Shown here: positions 43,676 to 52,586 of the stretch, piece by piece | How the letters are laid out: every line of letters starts with the position of its first letter | Numbering within the stretch: the first letter of the stretch is position 1 | Source: Aridibacter famidurans | GTDB taxonomy: Bacteria; Acidobacteriota; Blastocatellia; Pyrinomonadales; Pyrinomonadaceae | Direction: 5' to 3' | DNA: 64,000 nucleotides | NCBI GenBank assembly: GCA_024103495.1 | Contig: JAGFIQ010000171.1 | Span: 1,439 to 65,438, forward strand | Notes under the pieces: model-generated | The model's input: the letters and a program-made list of their open reading frames with translations, nothing else | The model's database searches: none | Told to the model about the DNA's origin: nothing | Made by a program: the position numbers and the translations under genes

Positions 43676-46066
43676 ATGTCAAACGAAGTAACCAAGGAAG
43701 CCGAGGACCAGGCTGCAAAGCCTGCCGAGGCTGCGGACCAGAACAACGCAGAAGCAGCGGCCGTAAAGGCCGAAACCGAAACTGAGACCAAGGCAGAGGC
43801 CGCGGAAGCGGCGCCCGTCCAGGAGTCACCGAAAGAAGAAGCCTCGAAGTCCGAAGATACCGGCGAGAACGGCGAATCGGCCGAATCCGACCAGACGCCG
43901 ATGAGCGAAATGGATTTCGGCGCGATCCTCGAACAGTTCGAACAGGACCAGGTAACCTATTCGACCGGCGAACTCGTGACGGGAAAGGTCGTCGAGATCT
44001 CCGACAACGGCGCGCTTGTCGACTTCGGGTACAAGTCGGAAGGACTTGTATCGGTCGACGAGTTTACGTCTGAGGACGGCGAGGTCGGTATCAAGCTCGG
44101 GGACGAGGTCGAGGTCGTGATCCGTTCGATGGGATCGGGCGATGCTCCGCCCAGCCTTTCGAGGTTCGACGCGGAACGCCGCAAGTCTTGGAACGAGATC
44201 GAGCTTGCTTATGACGACGACACCGTTATCAAGGGCAACGTGACTGCCAAGACAAAAGGCGGTCTGAAGGTCGATATCAACGGCGTCGAAGCATTTCTGC
44301 CGGGTTCACAGGTCGATTCGAGGCCTGTCCGTAACCTTGACACTTACATCGGTGAAGAGATCGAAGCGAAGGTCATCAAGTTCAGCCGGAAGCGCAGCAA
44401 CATCGTTATCTCGCGCAAGGTGATAACCGACGAGGTCATCAACAAACAGAAAGAGGAAACGCTTAAGCGGATCGAAGAGGGCCATATTGAAGAAGGCACG
44501 GTGAAGAACCTGACCGATTACGGTGCGTTCATCGATATCGGAGGCATAGACGGGCTTCTTCACGTTACTGATATGTCCTGGGGCCGGCTCCATAATCCCG
44601 GCGAGATGTTCAAGGTCGGCGACACGGTTCAGGTCAAGATCCTCAAGCTCGACCGCGAGAAGGAGAAGGTCTCCCTCGGATTCAAGCAGCTGCTTCCGGA
44701 TCCCTGGTCAACAGTTACCGAATTGTATCCTGTAAACTCTGTGATCAAGGGGCGTGTTTCGAGCATTACAGAGTACGGCGCCTTTGTGGAACTCGAGCCC
44801 GGGGTCGAGGGCCTGGTGCACGTGTCGGAGATGTCCTGGTCGAAACGGCTCAAGCATCCGAAGCACGTGGTGCGAAAGGGTGACGAGGTCGAAGTCCAGG
44901 TGCTCGGGATCGATCCCGACGAGCGCCGGATAAGCCTTGGGATGAAGCAGCTTCAGCCCAATCCGTGGGACACGATCGGGGAGCGCTATTCCGTCGGCAC
45001 GAAGATCGAGGGCAAGGTCAGGAATCTGACCGACTTCGGCGCTTTCGTCGAGGTTGAAGAAGGGATCGACGGCCTTGTTCACGTATCGGATATCTCCTGG
45101 TCGAAGAAGATCAAGCACCCGAAAGACGTCCTGAGCAAGGGCCAGGAGGTCGAGGCGGTGATCACAAACATCGATACGGACGGCCACAGGCTTTCGCTTT
45201 CGATGAAAGAGCTTACCCCCAGCGCCTGGGAAGAGTTCACTAACGAACACAAGCCGGGCGATGTCATCAAGGGCAAGATCTCAAGATTTGCGAGCTTTGG
45301 CGTTTTCGTCGAGCTTGCACAGGACCTGGAGGGGCTGTGCCATATTTCCGAGCTTTCGGACGACAGGGTGGAGAACCCGGAAGACGAATTCTCGATCGGG
45401 CAGGAGCTTGATTTCAAGATCCTCAGGATCGAACATGACGTCGAGAAGATCGGGCTTTCGCATCGTGCGGTTGGCAAGGATGACGAGCCGGTCGTCGATT
45501 CGCGTTCTTATTCCAGCCAGGCCAAGAGCGGAATGGCGTCTCTCGGCGAGCTCGCCAAGCTGAAGCTCGGAGGAGAGGACTCCGAAACCGAAGAGGCGAA
45601 GGCCGAAGAAGCCGAAACCAAGGCCGAGGCGAAATCCAAGGGATCCAAAGCTGAAGCGAAGGCCGAGGAACCCAAAGCAGAAGAAACCTCCGAGGAAACG
45701 AAGGCTGAAGAGACTGCCGAGGAGCCCAAGGCTGAAGAAGTTGCCGAGGAGCCCAAGGCTGAGGAAACTGCCGAGGAGCCCAAGGCTGAGGAGACTGCCG
45801 AGGAGCCCAAGGCTGAAGAAGCTGCTGAGGAGCCCAAGGCTGAAGAAGCTGCTGAGGAACCGAAGGCTGAAGAGGCTGCTGAGGAACTCAAGGCTGAGGA
45901 GACTGCTGAAGAGGCTAGGGCTGAGGAGGCTTCGGAAGAACCCAAAGCAGAGGAAGCTGCCGAAGAGGCAAAGGCTGAAGAGGCTTCCGAAGCAGCCAAG
46001 TCAGAAACTGATGAAGCTGCGGAAGCCGATACCAAGAAAAAGACAAAGAAGAAAGGCAAGAGCTAG
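43676..46066 (+). CDS. rpsA: 30S ribosomal protein S1 with acidic N-terminal extension and long repetitive C-terminal tail
   Basis: Six S1 motifs (GxVxxxxxxGAFVxL/I..G.EGL.H.SE...). The canonical N-terminus MSEMDFGAILEQFE is at codon ~76, so the true start could be internal. The C-terminal ~190 aa are E/A/K-rich. Confidence 0.9.
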   Translation: MSNEVTKEAEDQAAKPAEAADQNNAEAAAVKAETETETKAEAAEAAPVQESPKEEASKSEDTGENGESAESDQTPMSEMDFGAILEQFEQDQVTYSTGELVTGKVVEISDNGALVDFGYKSEGLVSVDEFTSEDGEVGIKLGDEVEVVIRSMGSGDAPPSLSRFDAERRKSWNEIELAYDDDTVIKGNVTAKTKGGLKVDINGVEAFLPGSQVDSRPVRNLDTYIGEEIEAKVIKFSRKRSNIVISRKVITDEVINKQKEETLKRIEEGHIEEGTVKNLTDYGAFIDIGGIDGLLHVTDMSWGRLHNPGEMFKVGDTVQVKILKLDREKEKVSLGFKQLLPDPWSTVTELYPVNSVIKGRVSSITEYGAFVELEPGVEGLVHVSEMSWSKRLKHPKHVVRKGDEVEVQVLGIDPDERRISLGMKQLQPNPWDTIGERYSVGTKIEGKVRNLTDFGAFVEVEEGIDGLVHVSDISWSKKIKHPKDVLSKGQEVEAVITNIDTDGHRLSLSMKELTPSAWEEFTNEHKPGDVIKGKISRFASFGVFVELAQDLEGLCHISELSDDRVENPEDEFSIGQELDFKILRIEHDVEKIGLSHRAVGKDDEPVVDSRSYSSQAKSGMASLGELAKLKLGGEDSETEEAKAEEAETKAEAKSKGSKAEAKAEEPKAEETSEETKAEETAEEPKAEEVAEEPKAEETAEEPKAEETAEEPKAEEAAEEPKAEEAAEEPKAEEAAEELKAEETAEEARAEEASEEPKAEEAAEEAKAEEASEAAKSETDEAAEADTKKKTKKKGKS
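45704..46000 (+). repeat. 11 in-frame tandem copies of a 27-nt unit inside rpsA (encodes xAEEPKAEE)
   Basis: gctgaagaNNNtgccgaggagcccaag repeated; 297 nt = 11 x 27. The protein reads TAEEPKAEEVAEEPKAEETAEEPKAEE... Confidence 0.9.
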
Positions 46067-46109
46067 GCCGTTTTACAGATTTCGAAGATCGCGGAAACGA
46101 GGATAAAAG

Positions 46110-46385
46110 ATGACAAAAGCCGACCTGGTTGAGATCGTAGCGAAAGAAGCCGACATGACCAAGAAAGATGTCGAACAATTGGTCGAGATCATTTTTGACA
46201 GCATTGTCAGCACCCTTAACAAGGGCGAGAAGATCGAACTTAGGGGCTTCGGCAGTTTTCGCGTTCGCGAGAGGAACGCAAGGAAGGGAAGGAATCCGAA
46301 AACGGGCGAACCAGTGGAGATCCCCGCGAAAAGGGTCGCATACTTCAAGCCCGGCAAGGACCTGAAAGACATTATCAATCAGTAA
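46110..46385 (+). CDS. ihfB: integration host factor beta / HU family DNA-binding protein
   Basis: 91 aa with LRGFGSF.VR.R.AR.GRNPKTGE.V.IPA. The position directly after rpsA matches the common rpsA-ihfB arrangement. Confidence 0.85.
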   Translation: MTKADLVEIVAKEADMTKKDVEQLVEIIFDSIVSTLNKGEKIELRGFGSFRVRERNARKGRNPKTGEPVEIPAKRVAYFKPGKDLKDIINQ

Positions 46386-46431
46386 TCCAGATCGCCCGCG
46401 TTTCGCGGACCGGCCTTCAGGAGGTTGCAAG

Positions 46432-46932
46432 ATGGACATTCTGTGGAGTCCGTGGCGATACGATTACATACGTTCGAGCAGCAAGCCCGCGTCTGACGGC
46501 GAATCCGACTGCGTGTTTTGCGCGATACTTCAGAACCCGGCGAGCGACGATGAGAAATACATCGTTCACCGCGCCGGGTTCAATTTCGTTATCCTAAACA
46601 TTTTTCCGTACATCACCGGTCACCTGATGATCGTGCCGTTCGATCACCTTCCATCGCCTGTGAACGCTTCGAAAGAGATCACTGATGAACTGATGGATCT
46701 TACGAAGAGTTCTCAGGAGATACTTGCCGAAGTTTACAGCCCGGACGGATTCAATCTGGGAATGAACGTAGGGAAGGCGGCAGGTGCGGGGGTCGCAAAC
46801 CATTTCCACATGCACGTGATGCCCCGCTGGGCGGGCGACGCCAATTTCATGACCTCGATCGGCGAAACCCGCACGATCCCGGAGACTCTCGAGACGACGT
46901 ACGAAAAGCTGAGGGGGAAGTACGGAGGATAG
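46432..46932 (+). CDS. HIT family hydrolase/phosphorylase
   Basis: Histidine triad HFHMHVMPRW and the CVFC zinc-like motif. Confidence 0.85.
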   Translation: MDILWSPWRYDYIRSSSKPASDGESDCVFCAILQNPASDDEKYIVHRAGFNFVILNIFPYITGHLMIVPFDHLPSPVNASKEITDELMDLTKSSQEILAEVYSPDGFNLGMNVGKAAGAGVANHFHMHVMPRWAGDANFMTSIGETRTIPETLETTYEKLRGKYGG

Positions 46933-46940
46933 TAGATCGA

Positions 46941-46975
46941 CCGTTTAGAGCAGCGCTTTACGCTGCTCTAAACGG
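46941..46975 (+). terminator. perfect 15-bp stem / 5-nt loop hairpin of the GTTTAGAGCAGCG family, 9 nt after the HIT gene stop; putative terminator or REP-like element
   Basis: ccgtttagagcagcg-cttta-cgctgctctaaacgg. There is no clear U-tract, so a terminator function is only inferred. Confidence 0.45.
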
Positions 46976-47076
46976 ATGTACGATAAGCTTCAGCTTGTCG
47001 CGGGCCGCCTGCGGCCCGGATGCCCGATGGAACTCCGCGCTTTCGCGCGGCGCAAACTGAAGTTCGCGCTACCTCG

Positions 47077-47100
47077 GCAGCGCAAAGCGCTGCTCTAAAC
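47077..47100. repeat. GTTTAGAGCAGCGC family unit, inverted orientation
   Basis: gcagcgcaaagcgctgctctaaac. Confidence 0.8.
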
Positions 47101-47161
47101 GTACTCATTCGACCCAACAAGGTTGCGACAAACTAGATTCTGTCAGACGACTCGCTAAACT

Positions 47162-49630
47162 CTATTCCGTCCCCTTCGCCTTCACTTCCGGTTCTTTAGA
47201 GATCGACGGATCTTCGACAGGCTTTTTAACGGTCCTTACGACCGCTTCATCCTCGATCTCGCCTCCCGGGCTTACCGGAATGTCCGCGGGATCGACATAC
47301 CTCGGCCCACGGACCTCTTCGTCTAAATCCTTAGGTATGATTATGTTCTCAAGCGTTTTAGAAGCAGGCGGAGTGTAGCCCGGATAATCGACCCTCGAGT
47401 GGTAGATCGATACAAGCGACTTGATCATCGATTCACGGATCTGTGTCAGTTCCCTCAATGTCAGATCGCACTCATCCAGCTGATCGTCGGCAAGGATCGC
47501 ATCGATGATCTTCGTAACGATGAAGCGAATATTCTCCGGCGTCGGATCGCTCAGCGAGCGCGCCGCCGCCTCGCAGCTGTCGGCGATCATCATTATCGCC
47601 GCTTCCTTGAACTGCGGCTTCGGCCCCGGGTATCGGAAGTCGTTCTCGTGAACCTCCTCGCCCTTTCCGGCCTCGTTCCTGGCCTTTGTCAGAAAATAGT
47701 GAAGTGTCCGCGTTCCGTGGTGCTGCGGGATGAAATCGACGATCCTTGACGGGAGGCCCATGTCCTTGGCGAGCTTTGCGCCGTACGTAACGTGGCTGAC
47801 AATGATGCGCGCGCTTTGAGCGGGCTTCAAACGGTCATGAGGGTTTTTCCCGCGCTGGTTCTCTACGAAGTGTTCGGGAGCCGCCGTCTTTCCAATGTCG
47901 TGATACAACGCGCCGATCCTGGCAAGCAGGCCGTTAGCCCCGACAACACGGCAGGCTTCTTCGGCGAGCTGCCCGACGGCGTGCGAATGCTGATTTGTTC
48001 CCGGCGCACGAAGAGCGAGCTGGCCCAGTAGCGGCAAGTCCGCGTTCGACAGCTCAAGCAGTTTCACATCGGTAAGGATACCGAAAAGCGATTCGCAGAT
48101 CGGCAGGAACATCGCCGTTACCGCCGCAGTGATCAGTCCGCTGACCAGGCCGCAGCTGATCGCAAGCAATATGGTGTTGAGTATGAGCGGTTGCTGCGTG
48201 TAGGAGATAAGCGCAACCGCCGTCGCGGCGTTGGCGACACCGACGAAGATCCCCGCGAACGTGACCGACTGCCTGCTGCGGTATCTTCCGATCCCGTATA
48301 CGGCCACGGCCGACGAAATACCTGCGTACAGCACGAACTCAAGTCCGCGCGGGGCAAGGAGGCCCGCGAGAAGGGAAACGAAGAGTCCCGTAAAGAGCGC
48401 GGTCCGGCGGTCCGCAAGAAGTGTCATCAGGAGCGAACTGAACGCGAACGGGATCGCGAACGCCCATAGAGTCGGGTCGTTGAGAGGTGCACGGAGGTTC
48501 TGTGCTGCGGTGTACTCGGTCACCCGAAAGAAGACGGCCATCAGGATCGTCTGCACGATGACGATGAACCCGAACATCACGAACGTACGCTCTTCGGACA
48601 ATGAAAGCCGGTTCACGAACCCACGGTGCTGAATGAACTTCCACGCCACCCAGTAGAGCGCGGTGACTATCGCCAAAAGACCGAAGAACCGGTTCATCTG
48701 ACGGCTCGTGTCGGCATAGCTTCTTATCGCCGAGAGCTGGGCCAGGACCTCATCGGTTATCGTGTCGCCCTCCCGCACGATCGTCTGTTGGCGCTTTAGC
48801 TCGATGAGCGTTGGCTCGACGCTTGCCGCCAGGTCCTCGCGGGCCTTAACTGTGGCAGCGCTGTCGTAGATCGCGTTTGGCTGGACCAGAGGCGACAACG
48901 CTCTCTCAAAGGCTTCGACCTCGGCCTCAGAAAGGCTGTTGATGTTGTCCAGGCCCTCGCGGATCTCAGCTCTCGCACGTGAAAGCGGGGTCCAGCTGCT
49001 CGCAGGCATCGAGATCGTGGTCTCGGCTGTAGGATTCTTAGGATCGGCAAGCGTAACATCGCTTCGGAGCTGGGGACGGTCCTTGTCGTCGTATATCGTG
49101 CCCTCTGTCGCCTGCTCAAGTACACGCTCTACGGAATCGATTTCGTTTCTCGAAAAGTCCCTTGCCCCGAGTATTTGACCCAGTTCCTTTCCGCCGGGCC
49201 CGTCCCATTCGACCGACTGCGAACCGTTCCCGTTCTGCCGCGATTCGCGGGACGACCTCTGGAGTCGCTCCCAAGCGTCTCTGAATGTCCTGAGGGTTTC
49301 GTCCGAACTGTCCGGTCTGAAGTTGAAAATCGGTTTGATCGCCTGCTTGGCCGATTCCTTCATCGATCGCGTCTGTTCTTCGTCGACTACCGATATATCG
49401 GCCGGCGAAACGATGGTCTCGCGTGCAATATCGCCCTCGGAGTACGCCGCGGTGGTGGTCCGCCACGCCGGATTGCTGATCAGGAGGGTTGTCAGGATCG
49501 AGAAGACCGCGAATCCGATCCAGAATCTCTGGGCGGGGCTGATCTTGTCGTACGGTATGCGAAGGTATTCAAGCGAACGTTTTCGCAGACGATCGAGGAA
49601 GTTCTGACTTTTCGGGAGTTTCTTGCTCAT
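47162..49630 (-). CDS. 7TM-receptor-with-intracellular-HD hydrolase (PgpH-like HDIG phosphohydrolase)
   Basis: An N-terminal extracellular domain, then a 7-TM block, then an HD domain (HSHAVGQLAE...LYHDIGK) and a C-terminal HDIG-type region. Confidence 0.85.
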   Translation of the reverse strand: MSKKLPKSQNFLDRLRKRSLEYLRIPYDKISPAQRFWIGFAVFSILTTLLISNPAWRTTTAAYSEGDIARETIVSPADISVVDEEQTRSMKESAKQAIKPIFNFRPDSSDETLRTFRDAWERLQRSSRESRQNGNGSQSVEWDGPGGKELGQILGARDFSRNEIDSVERVLEQATEGTIYDDKDRPQLRSDVTLADPKNPTAETTISMPASSWTPLSRARAEIREGLDNINSLSEAEVEAFERALSPLVQPNAIYDSAATVKAREDLAASVEPTLIELKRQQTIVREGDTITDEVLAQLSAIRSYADTSRQMNRFFGLLAIVTALYWVAWKFIQHRGFVNRLSLSEERTFVMFGFIVIVQTILMAVFFRVTEYTAAQNLRAPLNDPTLWAFAIPFAFSSLLMTLLADRRTALFTGLFVSLLAGLLAPRGLEFVLYAGISSAVAVYGIGRYRSRQSVTFAGIFVGVANAATAVALISYTQQPLILNTILLAISCGLVSGLITAAVTAMFLPICESLFGILTDVKLLELSNADLPLLGQLALRAPGTNQHSHAVGQLAEEACRVVGANGLLARIGALYHDIGKTAAPEHFVENQRGKNPHDRLKPAQSARIIVSHVTYGAKLAKDMGLPSRIVDFIPQHHGTRTLHYFLTKARNEAGKGEEVHENDFRYPGPKPQFKEAAIMMIADSCEAAARSLSDPTPENIRFIVTKIIDAILADDQLDECDLTLRELTQIRESMIKSLVSIYHSRVDYPGYTPPASKTLENIIIPKDLDEEVRGPRYVDPADIPVSPGGEIEDEAVVRTVKKPVEDPSISKEPEVKAKGTE

Positions 49631-49633
49631 TAT

Positions 49634-51358
49634 TTAACTCGCCGACACAAAGGCTCCGGCGGTCTCAGTTGCCTCCGGATCGCGGGACACACGGCCGCAT
49701 ATCTCGGCGATAAGCGGCGCAAGCGAGTCAGGCGACAGCGCCGAAACCGCGACCACGGCATCGTCGGATTGAAGCGAAACGGAACGCTCCAGGGCCTTGA
49801 GCGTCTTGCGCGCTACACGGTCTTTCTTATTCAACGCGATTATCATCGGTATCTCGCCAAGGTCAAGGCTCGTGAGTATCGACTCGACCGATTCGATCTG
49901 GTGCAGCGCTCTGGGATTCGAGCCATCGACCACGTGAACGAGAAGATCGCTGTCGCCGATCTCTTCGAGAGTCGCCTTGAAAGCCGCGACGAGCGATTCC
50001 GGAAGATCGCGAATGAAGCCCACCGTGTCGTTGATGATCACTTCCTGCTCGAACGGCAGACGCAGCCTTCGGGCTGTAGGGTCCAGAGTAGCGAACATCT
50101 TCCTTTCGGCGTATACCTTGCTGTCGGTCAAAGTGTTGAGAAGGGTCGATTTACCGGCGTTTGTGTAGCCGACAAGCGAAATGATAGGGATGTCCCTGTT
50201 GACCCTGGACTTGCGCCGTTCAAGCCGCTGTTTGCCGATCTTCTTCACCTGTTTTTCCAGATCTGAGATCCGCTTGCGGACACGCCTTCGGTCTGTTTCC
50301 AGTTTTGTCTCGCCGGGTCCGCGGCCCCCTATACCTCCCGCGAGTTTAGAGAACGCGGAGTTCTTGCCCATAACGAGCCTTGGAAGAAGGTACTTCAACT
50401 GTGCAAGTTCGACCTGGAGTTTGCCTTCGCGGGAATTCGCCCTTTGGGCAAAAATGTCCAGGATCAGCTGCGGCCGGTCCAGGACCTTTAGCTCGGTCTC
50501 TTCCGAAAGCGACCGCACCTGCGCGGGAGTCAGTTCGCGGTCGAACACAATGAGATCGACCCCAAGCTGCATCGAGCGAATGAGTATCTCATTCAGCTTG
50601 CCAGCCCCCAGGACCGTCTTGGGATGGATCTGAGAGCGGCGCTGTATCACCGTGTCGAGGACCAGCACGTTCGCCGACATCGCCAGTTCCTCAAGCTCTG
50701 CTAGCGATTCTTCCGCCAGCGCGGTCGCGCCCGTGGTCACCGATACAAGGATCGCCCTTTCCCGGTTCGTCTGGCGGTTCAGGCCCGTTTTTCTGTTGCG
50801 GGCCATTTCCGTCTCGAGCGAGTTGATCAGCGTCAGGAAGTCCGTGTCCAGCTGCGAGGGATGCGCCGGCGCGAGGAATTCGTACGGCTTGCCCGTTCCA
50901 TTGGCTGTGTGAATGTCGCTCGCCTTGGAAGGAAGCAGATGCGCTGAATGCACGAGGTCCGGCAATCCTGTTTTGGAATCAACCTGGATCACGGACATAA
51001 GGTCGAGACGCAGCAGCGCCAGGTCCGTAAGGTCGTCTGACGTAAGCGGTTCGCCGAGCAGATGTGTGTGTACACAGCGAAGGCCCCGGAATCGACCTGA
51101 AGCCACCCTCACGCGCTTGAAATCCGGCATCTCGATCTGTTTCGAGTCGCCGACCATGACGAATTCCACCCTGCCCTTTCGGTTCAGAAGCACACCGATC
51201 TGGCGGCCCGTATCGTGCGAGATCTCGCTAAGCTGCCTTGCAAGTTCGTGAGATACGATCCGGTCGGGAGCGACCTTTCGGGTGAACAGCCGCTCTATCC
51301 GTTTGAGCTGATTGTGTTTCAGGCCTTCAGTAAAGCCGTCTACGCGGGTGATATATAT
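49634..51358 (-). CDS. hflX: GTPase HflX with ~190-aa N-terminal extension; start codon uncertain
   Basis: HflX N-domain (LDRPQLILDIFAQRA.S.EGKLQVELAQL), GGIGGRGPGETKLE, and G1 GYTNAGKST, G3 DTVGF, G4 NKKD. The part of the 824-aa track ORF above ~51360 is antisense to the divergent gene. There is no in-frame ATG/GTG/TTG near the GGAGG at 51361-51365, so the start shown is an ATA codon. Confidence 0.8.
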   Translation of the reverse strand: MYITRVDGFTEGLKHNQLKRIERLFTRKVAPDRIVSHELARQLSEISHDTGRQIGVLLNRKGRVEFVMVGDSKQIEMPDFKRVRVASGRFRGLRCVHTHLLGEPLTSDDLTDLALLRLDLMSVIQVDSKTGLPDLVHSAHLLPSKASDIHTANGTGKPYEFLAPAHPSQLDTDFLTLINSLETEMARNRKTGLNRQTNRERAILVSVTTGATALAEESLAELEELAMSANVLVLDTVIQRRSQIHPKTVLGAGKLNEILIRSMQLGVDLIVFDRELTPAQVRSLSEETELKVLDRPQLILDIFAQRANSREGKLQVELAQLKYLLPRLVMGKNSAFSKLAGGIGGRGPGETKLETDRRRVRKRISDLEKQVKKIGKQRLERRKSRVNRDIPIISLVGYTNAGKSTLLNTLTDSKVYAERKMFATLDPTARRLRLPFEQEVIINDTVGFIRDLPESLVAAFKATLEEIGDSDLLVHVVDGSNPRALHQIESVESILTSLDLGEIPMIIALNKKDRVARKTLKALERSVSLQSDDAVVAVSALSPDSLAPLIAEICGRVSRDPEATETAGAFVSAS

Positions 51359-51482
51359 GACCTCCGAATTGCCCCGATTATAACATAGCGCCGGCGTCGG
51401 TCCGTTCCGCACCGTTCCGGAGGCTTGTTGCCTATTTGTCGCTAACCGTCGTAAAATGAGGGTTTTCGAAAGGAGCCGATAG

Positions 51483-52511
51483 ATGAATAATGAAGGCCGG
51501 ATCATTTCCGTCAGCCCGGATTTTGCAATTCCGGGCGGCGAAGTGCTGATCGAATGCGAGGGATTCCGGCTTGAGGACCCTTTCGGATTTCGATGTGAGA
51601 TCGGCGGTTCGGAAGCGCGGATCACGGGTGCGTCTTCAATCCGGATCCTGGTCACGGTTCCGGAAGATTCGGAATCCGGGCCGGTCGATGTCCTGGTAAT
51701 GTTCGGCAGCGAGAGTTCGGGCGCAGCGAAGCTGACCGTCGGAAAGCGGCTCGCGGGAGATCTCCACCAGGTCGCAAACCCTGCCGTCGATCCGAAGGAC
51801 GGCTCGATCGTACTTACCCGCTCAGGCTCCCGCGGCCAGGAGCTTCCCGTAACTCTCTTCAGGCTCGACCGGGACGGTTTCGTTTCCGAAATGAGCGCGT
51901 CGGTCAAGAACCCCACCGGCGTTGCGTTCGATCCGCACGGACGTCTCGTCGTGACGAACCGCGCGGACGGCGAGGTCGTCCAGATCAACGGCGATTCGGA
52001 AGTCGTTCCGCTGGCAGGCGATCTTGGGGTCGCAACGGGGCTCGCGTTTAACGAAGAGGGCGATCTGTTCGTCGGCGACAGGAGCGGGACGATCTTTCGC
52101 ATAGGCACGCTGGGCGATTCCGAGACGTGGGCTGTACTTGAACCTTCCGTGTCGGCATATCACATGGCATTCGGTCCGGGCGGATCGCTCTACGTGAGTG
52201 CGCCAGGCCTGTGCAGTCACGATTCGATCTACAAAGTGGATCCGGACGGAAACGTCGAGAGGTTTTTCAAAGGGCTCGGACGGCCGCAGGGGATCGCTTT
52301 CGACGACGAGGGTAACCTGTATTGCGCCGCCTGCCTTGAGGGAAGGCACGGAATCGTCAAGATAGCGTTCGACGGATCTTCTGCGGAACTCTTCGCTTCC
52401 GGGATGGGGCTTGTAGGCCTGAGTTTTACAAGATCGGGAGAAATGATCGCTGCGACGAACGAAGCCGTGTACAGTATCGACGCGGGCATTGAAGGGATAC
52501 TTCTCGACTGA
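51483..52511 (+). CDS. IPT/TIG domain plus NHL/SMP-30-like six-bladed beta-propeller protein
   Basis: N-terminal Ig-like segment (ISVSPDFAIPGGEVLIECEGF) followed by repeated ...G.A.D..G.L.V... blades. No signal peptide. Confidence 0.65.
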   Translation: MNNEGRIISVSPDFAIPGGEVLIECEGFRLEDPFGFRCEIGGSEARITGASSIRILVTVPEDSESGPVDVLVMFGSESSGAAKLTVGKRLAGDLHQVANPAVDPKDGSIVLTRSGSRGQELPVTLFRLDRDGFVSEMSASVKNPTGVAFDPHGRLVVTNRADGEVVQINGDSEVVPLAGDLGVATGLAFNEEGDLFVGDRSGTIFRIGTLGDSETWAVLEPSVSAYHMAFGPGGSLYVSAPGLCSHDSIYKVDPDGNVERFFKGLGRPQGIAFDDEGNLYCAACLEGRHGIVKIAFDGSSAELFASGMGLVGLSFTRSGEMIAATNEAVYSIDAGIEGILLD

Positions 52512-52532
52512 TCGCGTATAGATGGAGATCAG

Positions 52533-52570
52533 AAAAGGCGCCACAGTATCTGGGGCGCCTTTTCCGTTTT
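52533..52570. terminator. bidirectional terminator between the convergent NHL-propeller and M48 genes
   Basis: aaaaggcgcc-acagtatctgg-ggcgcctttt, with A-rich and T-rich flanks on both sides. Confidence 0.65.
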
Positions 52571-52586
52571 ATCTTGCAAACACGAA

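Noticed and set aside
51359-52108. The N-terminal 250 codons of the 824-aa track ORF 49634..52108, as part of hflX.
   Set aside because: This part runs antisense through the divergent IPT/NHL gene and across its promoter region. Its sequence is Ser/Pro/Thr-rich junk, and the HflX-like sequence only starts below ~51360.
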